Shown here one piece after another: positions 60,835-64,000 of a stretch of 64,000 nucleotides of DNA. Each line of letters begins with the position of its first letter. Within the stretch, counting starts at the first letter, position 1. Position numbers and translations under genes: made by a program. The DNA is taken from assembly GCA_945787845.1 (NCBI GenBank), contig CALZJH010000009.1, positions 35,208-99,207 on the forward strand, written 5' to 3'. The notes beneath the pieces are model-generated. The model saw only the letters and a program-made list of their open reading frames with translations. It made no database searches and was not told the origin of the DNA. Source of the DNA: an uncultured Woeseiaceae bacterium. GTDB lineage: Bacteria; Pseudomonadota; Gammaproteobacteria; Steroidobacterales; Woeseiaceae.

Positions 60835-63800
60835 ATGTCGCGAAGTCTTACGCGTGTCTCGCTGGCACTTGTCCTTTTGCTGTCAAGCGAGGTCTGGGCT
60901 ATTGGACTCGGTGATATCAATCTTGATTCGGCGCTGAACGAGCCACTGCGCGCCGAGATTGAATTGCTGTCGCCAACGCCCGAAGAATTGGCGAACCTGA
61001 ACGTCTCACTGGCCTCGGCCGAGACTTTCGCACGCTATGGTATTGACCGGCCTTTCTATCTCCAGGGCATCGAATTCAATATTGTGGAAAGCGGGCCCAA
61101 CAGCGCCGTTATCCAGATTCGTTCCCGAGCGCCCATCACCGAGCCCTTTCTGACCTTCCTCGTGGAGGCAACCTGGGCCAGTGGCCGACTGTTGCGCGAG
61201 TACACGGTGCTGCTCGACCCGCCGACGTACGCGCCGCCGGCTGTGCAGGAGGCGCCCGCCGTGGCCGCGCCGCGCCGCGCCACGCCGACAGACAGTGGGC
61301 GCATCGATCGCGAGCCGCCGCCGCCGCCGCCGCCGGCACAGCCAGAGCGTGAAACGCCTCCAGCGACGCAGCCGCGAGTGACTCCGCCGGCGTCGCAGGC
61401 GCCTGATGACGGCTACGTTCCGCCTCCGGCCCCGGGTGAATCGTCGTATTCGACAACCCCGGCCGGTGATTACTACGTCGAGCGCGGCGACACGCTCTGG
61501 GGCATCGCAAGCCGCATGCGACCCGACAATCGCCTGACCATGAACCAGACCATGATGGCGATTTTCCAGGCCAACCCCGAGGCATTCTCGAACAACATCA
61601 ATCGCCTGAGCGCCGGCGCGTCGTTGCGTATTCCGAGCGCTGACGAAGTTTTCCAGATCAGCCGCTACGACGCCTTCTCCGCTGTCAAACAGCAGAATGA
61701 GGAGTGGGGCGGCCCGGCGGCCGTTGCGACGGCGGATACGACCTATGCCGATACGCCGGCTGAGACTGCGGCGGATACGCCGGCCGATTCGACCTATGTA
61801 AGCGAACCTGAACCGGCTGAGACCCGACCGAGCCTGACACTCGTGCCGCCCGACGAAGAGCCGGCCGGCATCGAGTATGAAGATGACCTGAGTACGTCTG
61901 AGCCGACCTCTCGTGAGGAGGAGATCCAGAACCGGATCGCGGAACTCGAAGCAGCGGACGTACCGGACCAGCAGTCCCTGATCGAGATCCGGGACAGTGA
62001 ACTGGCTTCGCTGCGGCAGCAACTCGCGGATATTCGCGGCGAAGTTTATGAGCCGCCTGCTGAAGACGCCATTGCTGACGAAGCGGCCGACGACGAAGTA
62101 TTCGTTGAAACTGATGATGAATTCGCTGCTGACGCTGCAGCGGGCGATGAGGCTGATGCCGCCGAAGCGACCGATGACGTGCGCACGCCGCGTGTCAGCG
62201 AGCCAAGCATTATGGATCGCGTCATGGAAATCCTCGGTAGCTGGTGGCTCCAGGTTGGCGCGGCGGTCGTAGTTGCGGCCGGTCTGTTGCTTTGGTTCCT
62301 GCGCCGCGGCAGTGACGACGACGATGATGCCTCGCCCTGGGAGACACTGGACTCCGACGAGATTGCTGCAGGTGCAATGGCGGCTACGGAAACCTTGCGG
62401 GCGCCGACGCATGATGATGAGTCGATTGTCGTCGTCGAGCAGGACTCCGGTATTCGGCCCATGGAGCCCGAGGCGACCGAAAGTATTGAGACGATTGAGG
62501 CGCCGTCGCCGGATCTCGAGGCCCCGACCGGAGACACCGGGGAATTTGGCTCGCTCGAGGACACGTTTAGCAGCGAGACCGCCGTTAATCTCGACCAGAC
62601 GGATCCGCTGGCGGAAGCCGATTTCCACATGGCTTACGGTCTGTACGACCAGGCGGCCGACCTGGTCAACGGGGCACTCGAATCCGACCCGAACGACACG
62701 ACGCTCATGGCGAAGCTCTGCGAGATTTACTTCGTCTGGGGCAACCAGGATGCGTTTGTTGACTCCGCGGCCAAACTGAAGGCCGCCGTCGGTGACGACG
62801 CAACTGCTCAATGGGACAAGATTGTCATCATGGGGCAACAAATCGCCGCGGACCATGTACTGTTCGCGGGAGCCGGCGTGGCCGGGGCCACCAAGGCTGT
62901 CGACCTGTCCTTCGAAGCAGAAATGGATGAGGCTGCGGAGCTCGACATGGACTTCGGCGGTGACGGATCGGGCGAATCGGACATCATCGATCTGGGCGGC
63001 GCGCCCGACGCGCCCGCCGCCGACGATGGCATCGATTTTGTCTTCGACGAGGAAACCGGCGAGCGCGTGGCGATCGGCGAATCGACGGTCGAGCAGCCGC
63101 CTTTCGAGGAGCCCGAGACCATTGAGGCCGGACTCGAACCAACCGCCGAAATGCCGGCGGCATCCGAACCGACCGTTGAGACGCCAACCATCGAAGAGCA
63201 GTTTGCGGGCCTTGAGGGGACGTCGGAATTGCCATCTTTGGGTAGCGCGCTCGGCGGCGCCAGTACGGACAGCGGCCTGGATTCGGACGCCACGGCCGAG
63301 ATCAATCTCGACGAACTGGACCTCGATATTACGGGGACCAATGAAGAACTTTCGGATACGGGCATCAATGAAGCGCTGGGCGATCTCGGCGAGGAAACCG
63401 GCAATAACCCTGAGCTCGATGTTGCCGTCGGCTCGGGCGACGATGACGCGTTCGATTTCGGTGATCTGGAAGAGACGGGAATGCGGCTGGCGCCCGATGA
63501 GACCGGCAGGATGCCGCTCGCAGACGTCGAGGAAGAGACCGATACGTCGATCGACCTGGACCTGCTCGAGGCGACGGGTCGGACACAGATTCTGAGTGAC
63601 GACATGGCCGTGGAAACGGCGTCGGATCTCGATGCGAACATTGGCGACGACGATGCAACCATGCTGGCGCCAGGCTATGGTGACGAGGATACCGAGGTAT
63701 CCGGCGACGCCGAGACCTTGCTCGCGCCCATAGACGAAGACGATGACGACTTTGACTTCGCGAAGACGGAAGCACTGCCGCCCGAAGCGTTCACAGGTAG

Positions 63801-64000
63801 TCCCAGCCTTGACGAGACCGGCGAGATGCCGGCGGTGGCGCAAACCGATGTGGACCTGGATCTCGACGATCTGACGGCGGCACTGGCGGTCAGCGATGTC
63901 GGCGACACGGTAGAGCAGCATGGCGACGACGCGACGGTAGAGCAGCCACGCCCGTCGGTCAGCGACGAAACTGCCGAGATCCCGACGATGTCGATGTCGC
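60835..64000 (+). CDS. fimV: FimV/HubP polar landmark protein (runs off the window edge)
   Basis: Own translation (absent from the ORF track): MSRSLTRVSLALVLLLSSEVWAIGLGDINLDSALNEPLRAEI...REYTVLLDPP; LysM VERGDTLWGIA; TM helix; DPLAEADFHMAYGLYDQA TPR; acidic tail; canonical position after asd. Confidence 0.93.
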   Translation, partial: MSRSLTRVSLALVLLLSSEVWAIGLGDINLDSALNEPLRAEIELLSPTPEELANLNVSLASAETFARYGIDRPFYLQGIEFNIVESGPNSAVIQIRSRAPITEPFLTFLVEATWASGRLLREYTVLLDPPTYAPPAVQEAPAVAAPRRATPTDSGRIDREPPPPPPPAQPERETPPATQPRVTPPASQAPDDGYVPPPAPGESSYSTTPAGDYYVERGDTLWGIASRMRPDNRLTMNQTMMAIFQANPEAFSNNINRLSAGASLRIPSADEVFQISRYDAFSAVKQQNEEWGGPAAVATADTTYADTPAETAADTPADSTYVSEPEPAETRPSLTLVPPDEEPAGIEYEDDLSTSEPTSREEEIQNRIAELEAADVPDQQSLIEIRDSELASLRQQLADIRGEVYEPPAEDAIADEAADDEVFVETDDEFAADAAAGDEADAAEATDDVRTPRVSEPSIMDRVMEILGSWWLQVGAAVVVAAGLLLWFLRRGSDDDDDASPWETLDSDEIAAGAMAATETLRAPTHDDESIVVVEQDSGIRPMEPEATESIETIEAPSPDLEAPTGDTGEFGSLEDTFSSETAVNLDQTDPLAEADFHMAYGLYDQAADLVNGALESDPNDTTLMAKLCEIYFVWGNQDAFVDSAAKLKAAVGDDATAQWDKIVIMGQQIAADHVLFAGAGVAGATKAVDLSFEAEMDEAAELDMDFGGDGSGESDIIDLGGAPDAPAADDGIDFVFDEETGERVAIGESTVEQPPFEEPETIEAGLEPTAEMPAASEPTVETPTIEEQFAGLEGTSELPSLGSALGGASTDSGLDSDATAEINLDELDLDITGTNEELSDTGINEALGDLGEETGNNPELDVAVGSGDDDAFDFGDLEETGMRLAPDETGRMPLADVEEETDTSIDLDLLEATGRTQILSDDMAVETASDLDANIGDDDATMLAPGYGDEDTEVSGDAETLLAPIDEDDDDFDFAKTEALPPEAFTGSPSLDETGEMPAVAQTDVDLDLDDLTAALAVSDVGDTVEQHGDDATVEQPRPSVSDETAEIPTMSMS

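Noticed and set aside
61006..63921. 971-aa minus-strand ORF in the track
   Set aside because: It is the antisense shadow of the plus-strand fimV, which the track missed because it lacks a stop in the window; it has no recognisable domains.

Overview
This is a gene-dense, GC-rich (about 60% by eye) chromosomal segment of a gammaproteobacterium. Gene order (prmB-aroC-asd-fimV; glyA-nrdR-rib-nusB-thiL-pgpA) and protein style suggest a Steroidobacterales/Woeseiaceae-like organism, which is inference only. About 60 CDSs are present, mostly housekeeping: acs, purL, ettA, glyA, nrdR, ribD/ribE/ribB(X)/ribH, nusB, thiL, pgpA, xseB, parE/parC, efp/epmA, psd, prmB, aroC, asd, ppa. Accessory genes include a TonB receptor with a LacI-type operator, a tricorn protease, a fasciclin/SOUL/SDR stress cluster, MaoC-CitE and a rubrerythrin-FeS oxidoreductase-DUF3501 operon. 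I found no rRNA, tRNA, CRISPR array, prophage or transposase. The most interesting signals are: (1) a candidate cNMP-controlled phosphothreonine scaffold system, made of a cNMP-binding Hanks kinase, an orphan FHA (TagH-like) protein and two FimV paralogues whose acidic cytoplasmic tails carry many copies of a shared T-x-E-[M/I/L/Q]-P motif, with CRP-family boxes upstream of the FHA, FimV-paralogue and FimX-like genes; (2) a 186-bp palindromic MITE-like insertion between nrdR and ribD; (3) a switch-like RNA structure that sequesters the ribosome-binding site of a HIG1-type small protein; (4) a Zn-ribbon/DUF4145 (HEPN-like) protein with a degenerate active site; (5) efp/epmA with no epmB in the window. 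Family assignments come from motif recognition by eye, not database searches.
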